DNA of 64,000 bases from Flavobacteriales bacterium. Lineage in GTDB: Bacteria; Bacteroidota; Bacteroidia; CAIKAF01. The first letter of the stretch is position 1. Every line of letters starts with the position of its first letter. The translations under genes and the position numbers were made by a program. The notes under the pieces are model-generated. The model worked only from the letters and a program-made list of their open reading frames with translations, searched no databases and had not been told where the DNA came from. Below are positions 38,138 to 46,954 of the stretch, one piece after another. The stretch lies in assembly GCA_025451235.1 (NCBI GenBank), contig JANWKT010000034.1, forward strand, positions 77,014 through 141,013, given 5' to 3'.

Positions 38138-38434
38138 CTAACCTCCATAGGGGCCCTGTTCCGAAAGTGCTGGCAGGTTGTTATTGATATAGACCTGAAA
38201 TAGCTCATAAAGGAAAGGATTTACCTGGTTTCCGGCCTGACCCAAAAACTCTACGCAAAACTTGCCAGGTCCGATCCTCTCCAGAATATCCTGATCGGTC
38301 TTGATTACCGCATGCACCACGGCTCCCATTTCATTAAAATCCTGTATTTTTTCTAAAAGAAGGAGAGATGCTGCACCTGTTTTAGGGATCACGATGTATA
38401 TTACATCCAAGTGTGAAATAATTTCAGCTTTCAT
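38138..38434 (-). CDS. Small hypothetical protein (98 aa)
   Basis: ORF with no recognised motif. Confidence 0.35.
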   Translation of the reverse strand: MKAEIISHLDVIYIVIPKTGAASLLLLEKIQDFNEMGAVVHAVIKTDQDILERIGPGKFCVEFLGQAGNQVNPFLYELFQVYINNNLPALSEQGPYGG

Positions 38435-38529
38435 CGAGGTAAGAAGTTTGAGTAGTAATTATATAAAGATATACTTTTTACCCAAATAAATCCCATAGCC
38501 TTAAAGCTCCCCCCAAGTACCCAGCAAGT

Positions 38530-38632
38530 AACAAGCCTGCCTGGCGCAGTACAGGCCGACGCCCTGCCTGCCGGAGCGTTGGTCTGACCATAGGCGGATA
38601 GGCAGCATCCCGGAACTGTGAAATATAAGGAG
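38530..38632 (+). repeat. GC-rich intergenic repeat, copy B
   Basis: It aligns with copy A (26545-26685) and, in reverse complement, with copy C. It lies between two minus-strand genes, immediately downstream of the lipoprotein cassette. Confidence 0.6.
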
Positions 38633-38681
38633 TACCCTAAGGTCACGGATACAAACGATCCTATGGAAGCGGATGCCAACG

Positions 38682-39515
38682 TTAAACAAAAAGAACTACG
38701 ATGGCAATGATGGATAAAATAATGGCGAGGATGCCCAAAATAAGAGAAATAGTTACCCTGCTATCCTTAGTTCTTAAACCCGCCAGCGCCATAATAGAAC
38801 CAATGAACCCTTCTATTAAAGAAATACAACCAATGATAAATCCTATGACGTTGAGGGGGCTCCCAAAAAAACTAAAAATAAAGGCAAGCGTGGCTGAGAA
38901 CACAGCCAAAATAGTTACTACCAATATGGCCACTACAAAACCTCCTTGATCAGAGACTGGTCTTTGATCTGAATTAGTGGAAGGATTCGGACGATAAAAA
39001 TCACCGTTTTTTAAATGAATAACATCTACTCTTGAACTTGACACGACATACGTAGGACCATCAGGGTTGTTACATTTTTTATACTTGATCTCAGTATCCG
39101 TAATTTCGGAAACAAGTACTTCTATTTGTGTTCCATCCTTTAAAACGAGTAGATCACACTCCTCCGCATCTAATGCATTTTTTTTATCAACCGAAAGCGA
39201 ATTTCTTTGGATTGATTCCTTTCTAACAGTTCCATGTCCTGACTTCTCAGTCATTTTTTCCGTAATGAGCAGGTCATCCTTTAAAGAGTCGGTAGTAACT
39301 TGTGGACTTGCGGGTACAGAAAGTATGGCCGTTTCCAATTTGTTTTTTTTAATCAGATCCGAACGATGGTGATGGTCTCTCTTTGCATGGGATGTTTCGA
39401 TATGATATCCTGGTCGGTATCTTCTTTTTTCGATGGTAAGAGAACATGAAAAGAATGAAAAAGAAACCATTATCAAAAGAAAAACAGAAAATATTTTGTG
39501 TGGGGTACGTATCAT
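38682..39515 (-). CDS. Cassette paralog 4: lipoprotein with a post-lipobox 'EKRRYRPGYH' motif, a His/charge-rich linker, a two-Cys 'ECD...NG..I.....EI....IKYKKC..P.GP' domain and a C-terminal glycine-zipper multi-TM domain (DUF4190-like?)
   Basis: Lipobox FFSCS. The motif TIEKRRYRPGYH. A HAKRDHHHRSD segment. ECDLLVLKDGTQIEVLVSEITDTEIKYKKCNNPDGP. Three to four C-terminal TM helices with GxxxG/AxxxG spacing. Confidence 0.7.
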   Translation of the reverse strand: MIRTPHKIFSVFLLIMVSFSFFSCSLTIEKRRYRPGYHIETSHAKRDHHHRSDLIKKNKLETAILSVPASPQVTTDSLKDDLLITEKMTEKSGHGTVRKESIQRNSLSVDKKNALDAEECDLLVLKDGTQIEVLVSEITDTEIKYKKCNNPDGPTYVVSSSRVDVIHLKNGDFYRPNPSTNSDQRPVSDQGGFVVAILVVTILAVFSATLAFIFSFFGSPLNVIGFIIGCISLIEGFIGSIMALAGLRTKDSRVTISLILGILAIILSIIAIVVLFV

Positions 39516-39545
39516 CTCAGGTCTGTATACATTATTAAATCTGAT

Positions 39546-40367
39546 TTATGAAAATGCAATAATCATTCCAACAATAGAAAAAAGAAGGGCGCAAAATCCT
39601 AAAATAAGTATGAGTTTCACCTTGATGCTTTTTTCATCTCTTAATGCCCTAAAACCCATAATGATCGAAGTAGCGGAAAACAATGCGGCAAAAATGCAAA
39701 TAATAAAACCGATGGTATATAAAGGAAGAATAAAAAAAGACAGCATAAAGCCAATAAGAGCCAGGCTAAGTGCTATGATACTTATAATAAATCCGGCAGA
39801 TATATATTTTTTTGTTACGGGTTTATGTTCTTTAATAGGTTTATTGGGTTTAGGAGCAAAAGTATCACCGTTCTTCAGCAAAATATTCAATACATTATCC
39901 AATGAAAGATAATAAATGGGGCCCTCGGGCTCACCACATTTCCTGTACTTCACTTCGGTTTCCGAAATCTCAACGATCAAGGCCTGGATCTGATAACCAT
40001 TGATCATCACAATAACATCGCATTCTGCCGGTGGTGGATCCGTTTCAACCTTGTGTTCATTTAAAAAAGAGGCGCGATCCTGGTAGCGTGTCTTTGGTTC
40101 AGAAGAAGAACTGGTGATCACAGGATCAGATGGATCAACGGAGTCGTGTGCAGGAATGCACTGGGATCCTTTTAAAATAACTACATTTTCGGATGGGAGT
40201 TCATTTCCGGTGGTATTTAGTTTTTGTATGGTGCGATTCTTCATTCGGTGATGAACAATATCCATATGGTAGCCAGGTCGGTATTTTCTTTTCTCAAAAC
40301 TAACAGAACAAGAACTCAGACCAACGACCAGGATCAAAAGAAATGCTCCTAAAATCAATCTGTTCAT
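39546..40367 (-). CDS. Cassette paralog 3 of the KR(R/K)YRPGYH lipoprotein family
   Basis: Lipobox LSSCS. SFEKRKYRPGYHMDIVHH. ECDVIVMINGYQIQALIVEISETEVKYRKCGEPEGP. A C-terminal glycine-zipper TM domain. The start is taken at the internal Met (MNRLILG). Confidence 0.7.
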   Translation of the reverse strand: MNRLILGAFLLILVVGLSSCSVSFEKRKYRPGYHMDIVHHRMKNRTIQKLNTTGNELPSENVVILKGSQCIPAHDSVDPSDPVITSSSSEPKTRYQDRASFLNEHKVETDPPPAECDVIVMINGYQIQALIVEISETEVKYRKCGEPEGPIYYLSLDNVLNILLKNGDTFAPKPNKPIKEHKPVTKKYISAGFIISIIALSLALIGFMLSFFILPLYTIGFIICIFAALFSATSIIMGFRALRDEKSIKVKLILILGFCALLFSIVGMIIAFS

Positions 40368-40413
40368 TTTATAAAATATTATTTCTCCCATTTTCTCTCA
40401 CTTATTCTATTAC

Positions 40414-41199
40414 TCAATTCTTTTTTGCAGGGGTGGTTACTCCCAGGATAATGCCTATAATTCCCAATACCACTCCAATTGCTAAAAGAATGATCCCAAT
40501 TAATAACAATAAAATACCGCCCCAGCCCCCTCCTATCGAAGACAGACATAAAGCCAGGCCAGCAGCCAACACAACAATGGCTATCCCTCCAAACACCCAT
40601 GCCATTGCTCCCCGTGTACGGCGACCCTTTTCATGTTCTGAAGGCTCATACATCATTCGGTATTCTTTGTAAGGATCAATCACGCTGCCGTTCTTGAGCT
40701 TAATATCCCTGATCCTGTTCAAAGTGATAGGTGTTGGCTCGGCTTGATTATCTCCACAGTTTTTATAGGTAAGGGTACCTCCCCTTATCTCAATACCAGT
40801 AGCACGAATGATTTTACCATTCACTAGCCTGATCTCATCACATTCCTCATCGAGGTGTTGTTGGGTGATATCAAGAGAAGATAATACCTGTTTGGGTTTT
40901 TTATTTTTTTTCTCCTCCTTAGAATGATTGGTTCTCTGCTCCTGCCATTCATCGTTCCTGATATCCAAATCGACATTGGCAGAATGTTCTATGGTGGAAA
41001 CGGCAAACGTTGAAATGGTATCTTTTCTATCCTTCCTGCGTTCTTTTTGTACATGATATTCGAAAGATCTTTTTTTACTCACCATCTCTATATGGTATCC
41101 CGGTCTATATCTCCTTTTGTCGAAGCTAATAGAACAACTCGACAGTAGCATCAAAGAAATGAGAAGTAGAATTAACTGGGTAGGGTTTTTCATGTTCAA
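40414..41199 (-). CDS. Cassette paralog 2 of the KR(R/K)YRPGYH lipoprotein family
   Basis: Lipobox LSSCS. SFDKRRYRPGYH. ECDEIRLVNGKIIRATGIEIRGGTLTYKNCGDN. A C-terminal glycine-rich TM domain (GGWGGILLLLIGIILLAIGVVLGIIGIILG). It starts 3 bp after the stop of the small lipoprotein gene. Confidence 0.7.
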   Translation of the reverse strand: MNMKNPTQLILLLISLMLLSSCSISFDKRRYRPGYHIEMVSKKRSFEYHVQKERRKDRKDTISTFAVSTIEHSANVDLDIRNDEWQEQRTNHSKEEKKNKKPKQVLSSLDITQQHLDEECDEIRLVNGKIIRATGIEIRGGTLTYKNCGDNQAEPTPITLNRIRDIKLKNGSVIDPYKEYRMMYEPSEHEKGRRTRGAMAWVFGGIAIVVLAAGLALCLSSIGGGWGGILLLLIGIILLAIGVVLGIIGIILGVTTPAKKN

Positions 41200-41202
41200 T
41201 TT

Positions 41203-41610
41203 TTATTTTGTTCCGACAAATTCAAAATCCACTCCGGTACTGTCAAAATAACTACAACGCATATGGGTATACTCCACCATCGGTGTAACATTGGCACTAT
41301 AATACAAATTCGGATCGAAGGGGGTTTCCATATCCAGGGTAAGAAAGCTGGTGCCTCCATAAGCAAATCTGCCAATCGCCAGGTCCGTCATATAATAATC
41401 AGGATTCCCGCTTGAAGTAAAAAGGATGTCTACTTTATTTGCTCCGTTTTGAGTAATTGTGCATGTTCCATTCCCGGAATTAACCGGCAGGCTACCTCCT
41501 TCATAGGTGCCGGTGTATTCACCAATCACCATAGCAGGTGAAGTATCAAATTTACATCCAATAAGCAAAGGTGAAGTCAATAAAAGGATCAGCAGCGTCT
41601 TTTTCATCAT
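41203..41610 (-). CDS. Small 'CKFD' lipoprotein B, paralog of the 42631-43047 protein
   Basis: Lipobox LIGCKFD. Motifs shared with the other copy (TSSGNPDYY / TSTGNPTFY; C-terminal ...FEFVGTK / FEFDGKR). Confidence 0.65.
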   Translation of the reverse strand: MMKKTLLILLLTSPLLIGCKFDTSPAMVIGEYTGTYEGGSLPVNSGNGTCTITQNGANKVDILFTSSGNPDYYMTDLAIGRFAYGGTSFLTLDMETPFDPNLYYSANVTPMVEYTHMRCSYFDSTGVDFEFVGTK

Positions 41611-41711
41611 TTTAGTTTGGGTGCATTTGTAAATATAGATATTCTTAAAAACATAGCCATCAATTCTATTTAAAATATATAAGGTTGAGCCCCCCGGATC
41701 ATAAAGTCCAA

Positions 41712-42626
41712 TTATAAAAACACGATCATAATGGCCAAGGATGCCAATAATAATGCAATAAAACCCATTACAATCGCCAGAATAACTTTAACCGACTTTC
41801 CACTTCTCAATCCTGAAAAGCCCAATGAAAAACTGATGATGGATAAAAAAATGGTGGCAACCGCAATTCCAAATCCAATCCCTCCCATTGGGTTAGCCAA
41901 AAAACTAAAAACAAAAGCAATCAGGGCCAAGGATAATGAGATAATACTTAAAGCAAATCCGGCCTTACCTTTTCGTACCGGCCCCTCGTGGGGATTAATA
42001 TCCGGCAGATACCTATAGCCTGAATATCTGAGCAGCAAAGCAATGATCGCCATGATCAACGCTAGTCCTATGATAATAGCCCCTAAAATAATGTTCACTC
42101 CATACCAACCTCCTATTAAAGAGAACATCAAAATGCTCCCAATCAACAATGCAAAGGCCACACCCCCGGTGATCCAGGCCCAAACTCTTCTGCGTCTTTT
42201 ATTGTCGCCTAATGTTTCTTTGGGAGATGCACCCTGACCGACTTGGGTCGCTGATTTATTTTCTTGTTCTGGAGATATGGATCTTTCTTCCTTTTCATGT
42301 AGATCTATGCTGATATCCTCCCATTCAATATCCTCCGTATAAGTTTTTAGGACGGTCCTTGTTGCCGGGGTTGAATCTTTCAACTCTTCCTTGGTGGCGA
42401 TATCGGTGGGCTGCTCTGATTTCTGTTTTGTTTTCTCCATCCACTCATTATCTGGATTGTGTTTTACCTCATGATGCTTTGTTTTATTTACGTTTGGGCT
42501 TACCTGAACATAATACCCGGGCCGGTACCTTCTTTTTTCAACCTGTATCGAGCAAGAACATAACAATGCACAAAATGTCCAGCATACAAGTCGGATAAGC
42601 GAAATATTAAATAGTTGGTTCTTCAT
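41712..42626 (-). CDS. Cassette paralog 1 of the KRRYRPGY lipoprotein family, with a duplicated C-terminal glycine-zipper TM domain and no ECD-type domain
   Basis: Lipobox LCSCS. VEKRRYRPGYY. A long acidic/basic linker. An RRRR anchor, then two tandem TM modules (…LLRYSGYRY… and …FSGLRSGKSVKV…). The start is placed at the Met at 42626 (MKNQLFN...), 4 bp after the stop of the upstream small lipoprotein gene. The tracked ORF extends 18 codons further 5' into that gene. Confidence 0.65.
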   Translation of the reverse strand: MKNQLFNISLIRLVCWTFCALLCSCSIQVEKRRYRPGYYVQVSPNVNKTKHHEVKHNPDNEWMEKTKQKSEQPTDIATKEELKDSTPATRTVLKTYTEDIEWEDISIDLHEKEERSISPEQENKSATQVGQGASPKETLGDNKRRRRVWAWITGGVAFALLIGSILMFSLIGGWYGVNIILGAIIIGLALIMAIIALLLRYSGYRYLPDINPHEGPVRKGKAGFALSIISLSLALIAFVFSFLANPMGGIGFGIAVATIFLSIISFSLGFSGLRSGKSVKVILAIVMGFIALLLASLAIMIVFL

Positions 42627-42630
42627 GCTA

Positions 42631-43047
42631 TTATCTTTTACCATCAAATTCAAATGAGTAAATCGAATCTCCGTATGCACAATCTACCGTCCACTTTTTC
42701 CCTGAATAGGGATTAACCTCATATACATTGGCTGTAAAACTAATGTTAGAGGTAGATAATTCAATTTGAAACCAACTGATCCCAAAGCCATAATTCGCTC
42801 TTTTTACGGTAAGGCCATTCAGATAAAAGGTAGGGTTACCTGTTGAAGTAAGGACCATATTTAATTTACCATCGCCCGTTTCTGTAAATACCAGTTCACC
42901 ATCAGCATATGGAAAAGGTATGCCATTGGTGCTATAAAAATTACCATAATAGGTTCCTTCTGCAGTGTGGTCAAACTTACAACTGACAAAAAAGACAGAT
43001 GAGAAGAGTACAGTAACTATCAGAAAATTTTTCATAGAGACATTCAT
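42631..43047 (-). CDS. Small 'CKFD' lipoprotein A (138 aa), the first gene of the cassette
   Basis: Signal peptide/lipobox FVSCKFD. A beta-rich ~115-aa mature domain. It is paralogous to 41203-41610. Confidence 0.65.
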   Translation of the reverse strand: MNVSMKNFLIVTVLFSSVFFVSCKFDHTAEGTYYGNFYSTNGIPFPYADGELVFTETGDGKLNMVLTSTGNPTFYLNGLTVKRANYGFGISWFQIELSTSNISFTANVYEVNPYSGKKWTVDCAYGDSIYSFEFDGKR

Positions 43048-43078
43048 AATAATTCACCACAAAGATGTAGGGAATCTA

Positions 43079-43102
43079 GGGGTTAACCCTCGGGGTTAAC
43101 CA
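43079..43102. promoter_or_regulatory. Tandem palindromic sites, 2 x GGGTTAACC(C), spaced 13 bp centre-to-centre, in the promoter region of the lipoprotein cassette
   Basis: aGGGGTTAACCCtcGGGGTTAACCa lies 31-55 bp upstream of the start codon at 43047 (minus strand). Each unit is a 10-bp palindrome. An AT-rich inverted repeat ATTGTTAT-gctgcg-ATAACAAT lies at 43121-43142 between it and the relA stop. Confidence 0.4.
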
Positions 43103-43161
43103 TGAGAATAATCAATTGGTGCTGACGGAGACAGGATGATTGTTATGCTGCGATAACAATA

Positions 43162-45408
43162 TTACCCTTCATTCATGCGGTCTACAGAAATAATGCCTTC
43201 TACTTTTTTAAGCTTTTGGATCAGCTCATCCAAATGCCGGGTGTCCTGCACAAATAATGTAATTCTTCCTTCAAAGATCCCATCATCCGAATCAAAATAA
43301 ATGCTTCGCATATTTACTTTCATTTGTGTGGAGATCAGCTTGGTGATCTTATTCACAATCCCCACTTCATCAATCCCGGTTACTTTTATACCGGTTAAAA
43401 ATGCCAGATCATCGGCTCCGGTCCATTTTGCTTTTACCACCCGGTATGAGTAGTTACTCAGCAATTGTACCGCATTTGGACAAGTGATCTTGTGGATCTT
43501 AATACCTTCATTGATGGTTACAAAACCAAACACCTCATCACCCGGAATAGGATTACAACAGGGGGCTAGTTTATAATCCAGCTTCTGTAAATTATCCCCG
43601 ATCAATAACTCCCCTTCGCGTTTGTATTCCTTGATCAAGGTTTCGAAGTTATCCTTGGCATCTGAGGCTGTTTTTTTAGGTTTTCTTTTTAGCTTGGCCG
43701 CCAGATAGGAATACCAGCTTTTTTTGCTTTCCTCATTGTAAAAATCTTTCAGTTGCTGACTTGTAATCACACCCTTTCCAATTCTATAGAAGAAATCCAG
43801 GGAATCACCCACATTAAAATACTTGAGCAGCTTCGGCAAGTCCTCTTCCACATAATTCAATTTGAGTCTGCGGATCTTTCTTTCGAACACCTCTTTACCG
43901 TCTACTGCAATTTTTCTTTTTTCTTCTTTTAAAGCAGCTTTGATCCTGGACCTGGCTTTACTTGATTTTACGAAATTGAGCCAATCTTCTTTTGGAGTTT
44001 GTTTTTCGCTTGAAATAATTTCAAGTTGATCACCACTTTGTAATTTATAACTGAGTGGAACTAATTTATTATTCACTTTTGCACCCAGGCAATGGTCCCC
44101 TAGATCGCTATGAATTTCATAGGCAAAATCCAGGGCTGTGGAACCTACCGCCATTGTCCTCAATTCACCTTTAGGGGTAAATACGTAGATCTCATCCGTG
44201 TATAAATTCATTTTAAAGGCGTCGATAAAATCAACCGCCTCTCCTTCCTGATGTGCCTCCATGGTTTCACGAACCTTGGTGATCCAATCGTCCATGGCCG
44301 ATTCAACTGCATTGTTCTCTTTATATCTCCAATGTGCAGCCAATCCTCGCTCCGCCACATCATCCATCCTGGTTGATCGTAATTGTACTTCCACCCATTT
44401 ACCAGTTGGACTCATTACCGTTACGTGCAATGATTCATATCCATTTGCACGGGGAAATGAGATCCAATCCCGCAGTCGATCGGGTTTGGGTTGATACAAA
44501 TCGGTAACAATGGAATAAGCTCTCCAAATGTCGGCTTTTTCCACTTCCAGTGGAACATCCAGAATAATACGGATCGCAAAAATATCATAGATCTCTTCAA
44601 ACGGAACTCCTTTCTGATGTATCTTCTGATAGATAGAATAGATCGATTTGGTCCTTCCTTTTATCTGGTATTTATAACCTTGTTCGTTGAGTGCATTTTT
44701 AATAGGCAAAGTAAATCGGCTAACGAACCTTTCCCTAACACCGGTTGTTTTGGTCAGTTTCGTTACAATATCTTCGTATGCTTCGGGTTCAATATATTTC
44801 AAGCAAAGGTCCTCGAGCTCCGTTTTTATATTATACAATCCTAACCTATGGGCCAAGGGAGCATACATGAACATGGTCTCCGAAGCTATCTTCAATTGTT
44901 TTTCACGTTTCATATGCTCTAGTGTTCGCATATTATGAAGACGGTCGGCCAGCTTAATAAGTATTACCCTGATATCATCGGAAAGTGATAAAACAATTTT
45001 TCTGAAATTTTCTGCCTGTATTGATTTTGTATTGTCAAAAACACCAGCAATTTTGGTAAGTCCATCAATGATCAATCCGGCCTGGGGACCAAAGTATTTA
45101 GTAATTTCTTCCAGGGTGATATCGGTATCCTCCACCACATCATGCAACAATGCACATATCACCGAAGTGGGGTCCAGACCCATTTCGGATACTGCGATCA
45201 TGGCTACTGCAATAGGATGATAAATATAAGGCTCCCCACTTTTTCTGCGCATTTCCTTATGCGCATCCACAGCAATCTCGAATGCTTTGCGAATATGCTG
45301 AAGTTCTTCCTTATCGGTGGTAATTTTCTCAACAGCCCTCAACAACTCCTTGTACTTCTGAAGAAGTTCAATACGTTCGGCTTCCGCATTTGGACTATAT
45401 ACTTCCAT
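43162..45408 (-). CDS. relA: Bifunctional (p)ppGpp synthetase/hydrolase (RelA/SpoT family)
   Basis: 748 aa. HD hydrolase motif (HDVVEDT). Synthetase domain, TGS and a C-terminal ACT domain. Confidence 0.95.
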   Translation of the reverse strand: MEVYSPNAEAERIELLQKYKELLRAVEKITTDKEELQHIRKAFEIAVDAHKEMRRKSGEPYIYHPIAVAMIAVSEMGLDPTSVICALLHDVVEDTDITLEEITKYFGPQAGLIIDGLTKIAGVFDNTKSIQAENFRKIVLSLSDDIRVILIKLADRLHNMRTLEHMKREKQLKIASETMFMYAPLAHRLGLYNIKTELEDLCLKYIEPEAYEDIVTKLTKTTGVRERFVSRFTLPIKNALNEQGYKYQIKGRTKSIYSIYQKIHQKGVPFEEIYDIFAIRIILDVPLEVEKADIWRAYSIVTDLYQPKPDRLRDWISFPRANGYESLHVTVMSPTGKWVEVQLRSTRMDDVAERGLAAHWRYKENNAVESAMDDWITKVRETMEAHQEGEAVDFIDAFKMNLYTDEIYVFTPKGELRTMAVGSTALDFAYEIHSDLGDHCLGAKVNNKLVPLSYKLQSGDQLEIISSEKQTPKEDWLNFVKSSKARSRIKAALKEEKRKIAVDGKEVFERKIRRLKLNYVEEDLPKLLKYFNVGDSLDFFYRIGKGVITSQQLKDFYNEESKKSWYSYLAAKLKRKPKKTASDAKDNFETLIKEYKREGELLIGDNLQKLDYKLAPCCNPIPGDEVFGFVTINEGIKIHKITCPNAVQLLSNYSYRVVKAKWTGADDLAFLTGIKVTGIDEVGIVNKITKLISTQMKVNMRSIYFDSDDGIFEGRITLFVQDTRHLDELIQKLKKVEGIISVDRMNEG

Positions 45409-45473
45409 TGCTCATGAGAATTTGCACACTAAATATAAGAAAAAAGTTTTGAAGGGATGAAGGTAGTGATGTA

Positions 45474-45540
45474 TAGTGTCCTTTCTCACTTCCGGATAGT
45501 TTCCCGCTAACTAGAGAAAGGGGCACTATATCTTTTTTAT
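45474..45540 (+). terminator. Orphan plus-strand rho-independent terminator-like hairpin in the relA-fahA intergenic region (possible sRNA 3' end)
   Basis: TAGTGTCCTTTCTC...(26-nt loop)...GAGAAAGGGGCACTA is followed by TATCTTTTTTAT on the plus strand. No plus-strand CDS lies upstream. The minus-strand orientation lacks a U-tract. Confidence 0.4.
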
Positions 45541-45572
45541 GGGCTAAAGCCCTTTCTTTGTTTACCGTTGAC

Positions 45573-46844
45573 TTAAGTCGACGGAATGATCTTTCCGGTT
45601 ACCTCGCCAAATCCAATTCTTATATCCCCTTTTTTACAACTGGCTTTCATGATCACTGTATCGCCATCCTGCAGAAATTTTCTTTCTGAGCCATCGTTGA
45701 GGGTAATGGGTTTGGTACCTCTCCAGGTAAGTTCGAGCATGCTGCCGTAGCTATTGGGTTTAGCACCGCTAATCGTTCCACTGGCACATATATCGCCTAT
45801 TCGCATGTTACAGCCACCAATGGTATGGTGAGCCAGTTGCTGATTAATATTCCAATACAAATATTTAGTATTCGATTCGCAAACCAATGTTGCCTCACCT
45901 TTATCTGATTTAATAAATACTTCGAGGTTGATATCGTAATTTTTGTTCCCTTCAAATTTTAAATAAGGCAATACAGGAGGATCCTGAACCGGACCTTCGC
46001 ATTTAAATGCTTGCAATGCATCCATGGTAACCACCCAGGGTGAAATGCTGGAAGCAAAATTCTTGCTTAAGAAGGGTCCCAGAGGAACATATTCCCAACT
46101 TTGAATATCTCTTGCACTCCAATCATTAAAAATAACCATCCCAAAAATATGTGATTCCGCCTCAGTAGTTGGTATCGAAGTTCCCATTTCATTTCCACGA
46201 CCAATAATAAATGCCATCTCCAATTCGAAATCCAGTAATTTGGAAGGACCGAAAACGGGTGTGTCTGCTCCTTCGGGCATGGTTTGTCCTTTGGGGCGTT
46301 GAATCGGTGTACCTGAAATAACAATGCTGGATGCCCGGCCATGATAACCTACCGGAAGATGCTTCCAATTAGGCAATAGGGCATCACCATTTGGACGGAA
46401 CATTTTACCCACATTGGTTGCGTGTTCCATACTTGAATAAAAATCGGTATAATCCCCAATTTGTAAAGGCAGGAGCATCTCAACCTCTATCATGGGCACC
46501 AATGCTTCCTTCAGGTCTTCCTTGTTCGCTCTTAGTTCGGTATTTTCTTCTCTCAATAGTTCAGAAATTCTGTTCCGGGTAAGATTCCAATAAGCTTTAC
46601 CTAAACCAATGAATTTATTCAATGACTTTGACTTAAAAACATTCTCATTCAAGAAAAGATTATCCAAATATCCTTTTCTGTATAAAAAGGCGAGATCCAG
46701 CACATGTTCTCCAATGGCTACTCCTATCCTGGGTTTTTTTGTGCCGTATTTAAAGATCCCATACGGAAGATTCTGAATGGGAAAATCACTGCCGGCTGGA
46801 ATATTCACCCAGCTTTTGAGATCTGGTGAAATCGTTTTATCCAT
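45573..46844 (-). CDS. fahA: Fumarylacetoacetase (fumarylacetoacetate hydrolase)
   Basis: 423 aa. N-terminal FAH domain (PYGIF...GVAIGEHVLDL). C-terminal FAA-hydrolase catalytic fold with its metal-binding Asp/Glu pattern. Confidence 0.9.
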   Translation of the reverse strand: MDKTISPDLKSWVNIPAGSDFPIQNLPYGIFKYGTKKPRIGVAIGEHVLDLAFLYRKGYLDNLFLNENVFKSKSLNKFIGLGKAYWNLTRNRISELLREENTELRANKEDLKEALVPMIEVEMLLPLQIGDYTDFYSSMEHATNVGKMFRPNGDALLPNWKHLPVGYHGRASSIVISGTPIQRPKGQTMPEGADTPVFGPSKLLDFELEMAFIIGRGNEMGTSIPTTEAESHIFGMVIFNDWSARDIQSWEYVPLGPFLSKNFASSISPWVVTMDALQAFKCEGPVQDPPVLPYLKFEGNKNYDINLEVFIKSDKGEATLVCESNTKYLYWNINQQLAHHTIGGCNMRIGDICASGTISGAKPNSYGSMLELTWRGTKPITLNDGSERKFLQDGDTVIMKASCKKGDIRIGFGEVTGKIIPST

Positions 46845-46899
46845 GAGATCATTTTAAACTGAACTACAAACCTATTATTTTTTTCGGCATTTTTCAGAA

Positions 46900-46935
46900 A
46901 AAAAAAGCCGTCCCGGTTGAACCGGGACGGCTTTT
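46900..46935 (-). terminator. Rho-independent terminator downstream of secDF
   Basis: On the minus strand GCCGTCCCGG-ttcaa-CCGGGACGGC is followed by TTTTTTTTT. The stem is almost identical to the M43 gene terminator at 11637. Confidence 0.7.
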
Positions 46936-46954
46936 TTCAATAACAACCTCTTAT

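Noticed and set aside
38701-42237. Plus-strand ORFs (82-159 aa) antisense to the lipoprotein cassette
   Set aside because: They coincide with the glycine-zipper TM regions (G/A/I/L codons read antisense) and are internally repetitive in the same way. The minus-strand proteins have lipoboxes, conserved motifs and paralogy, while these ORFs have none of those.
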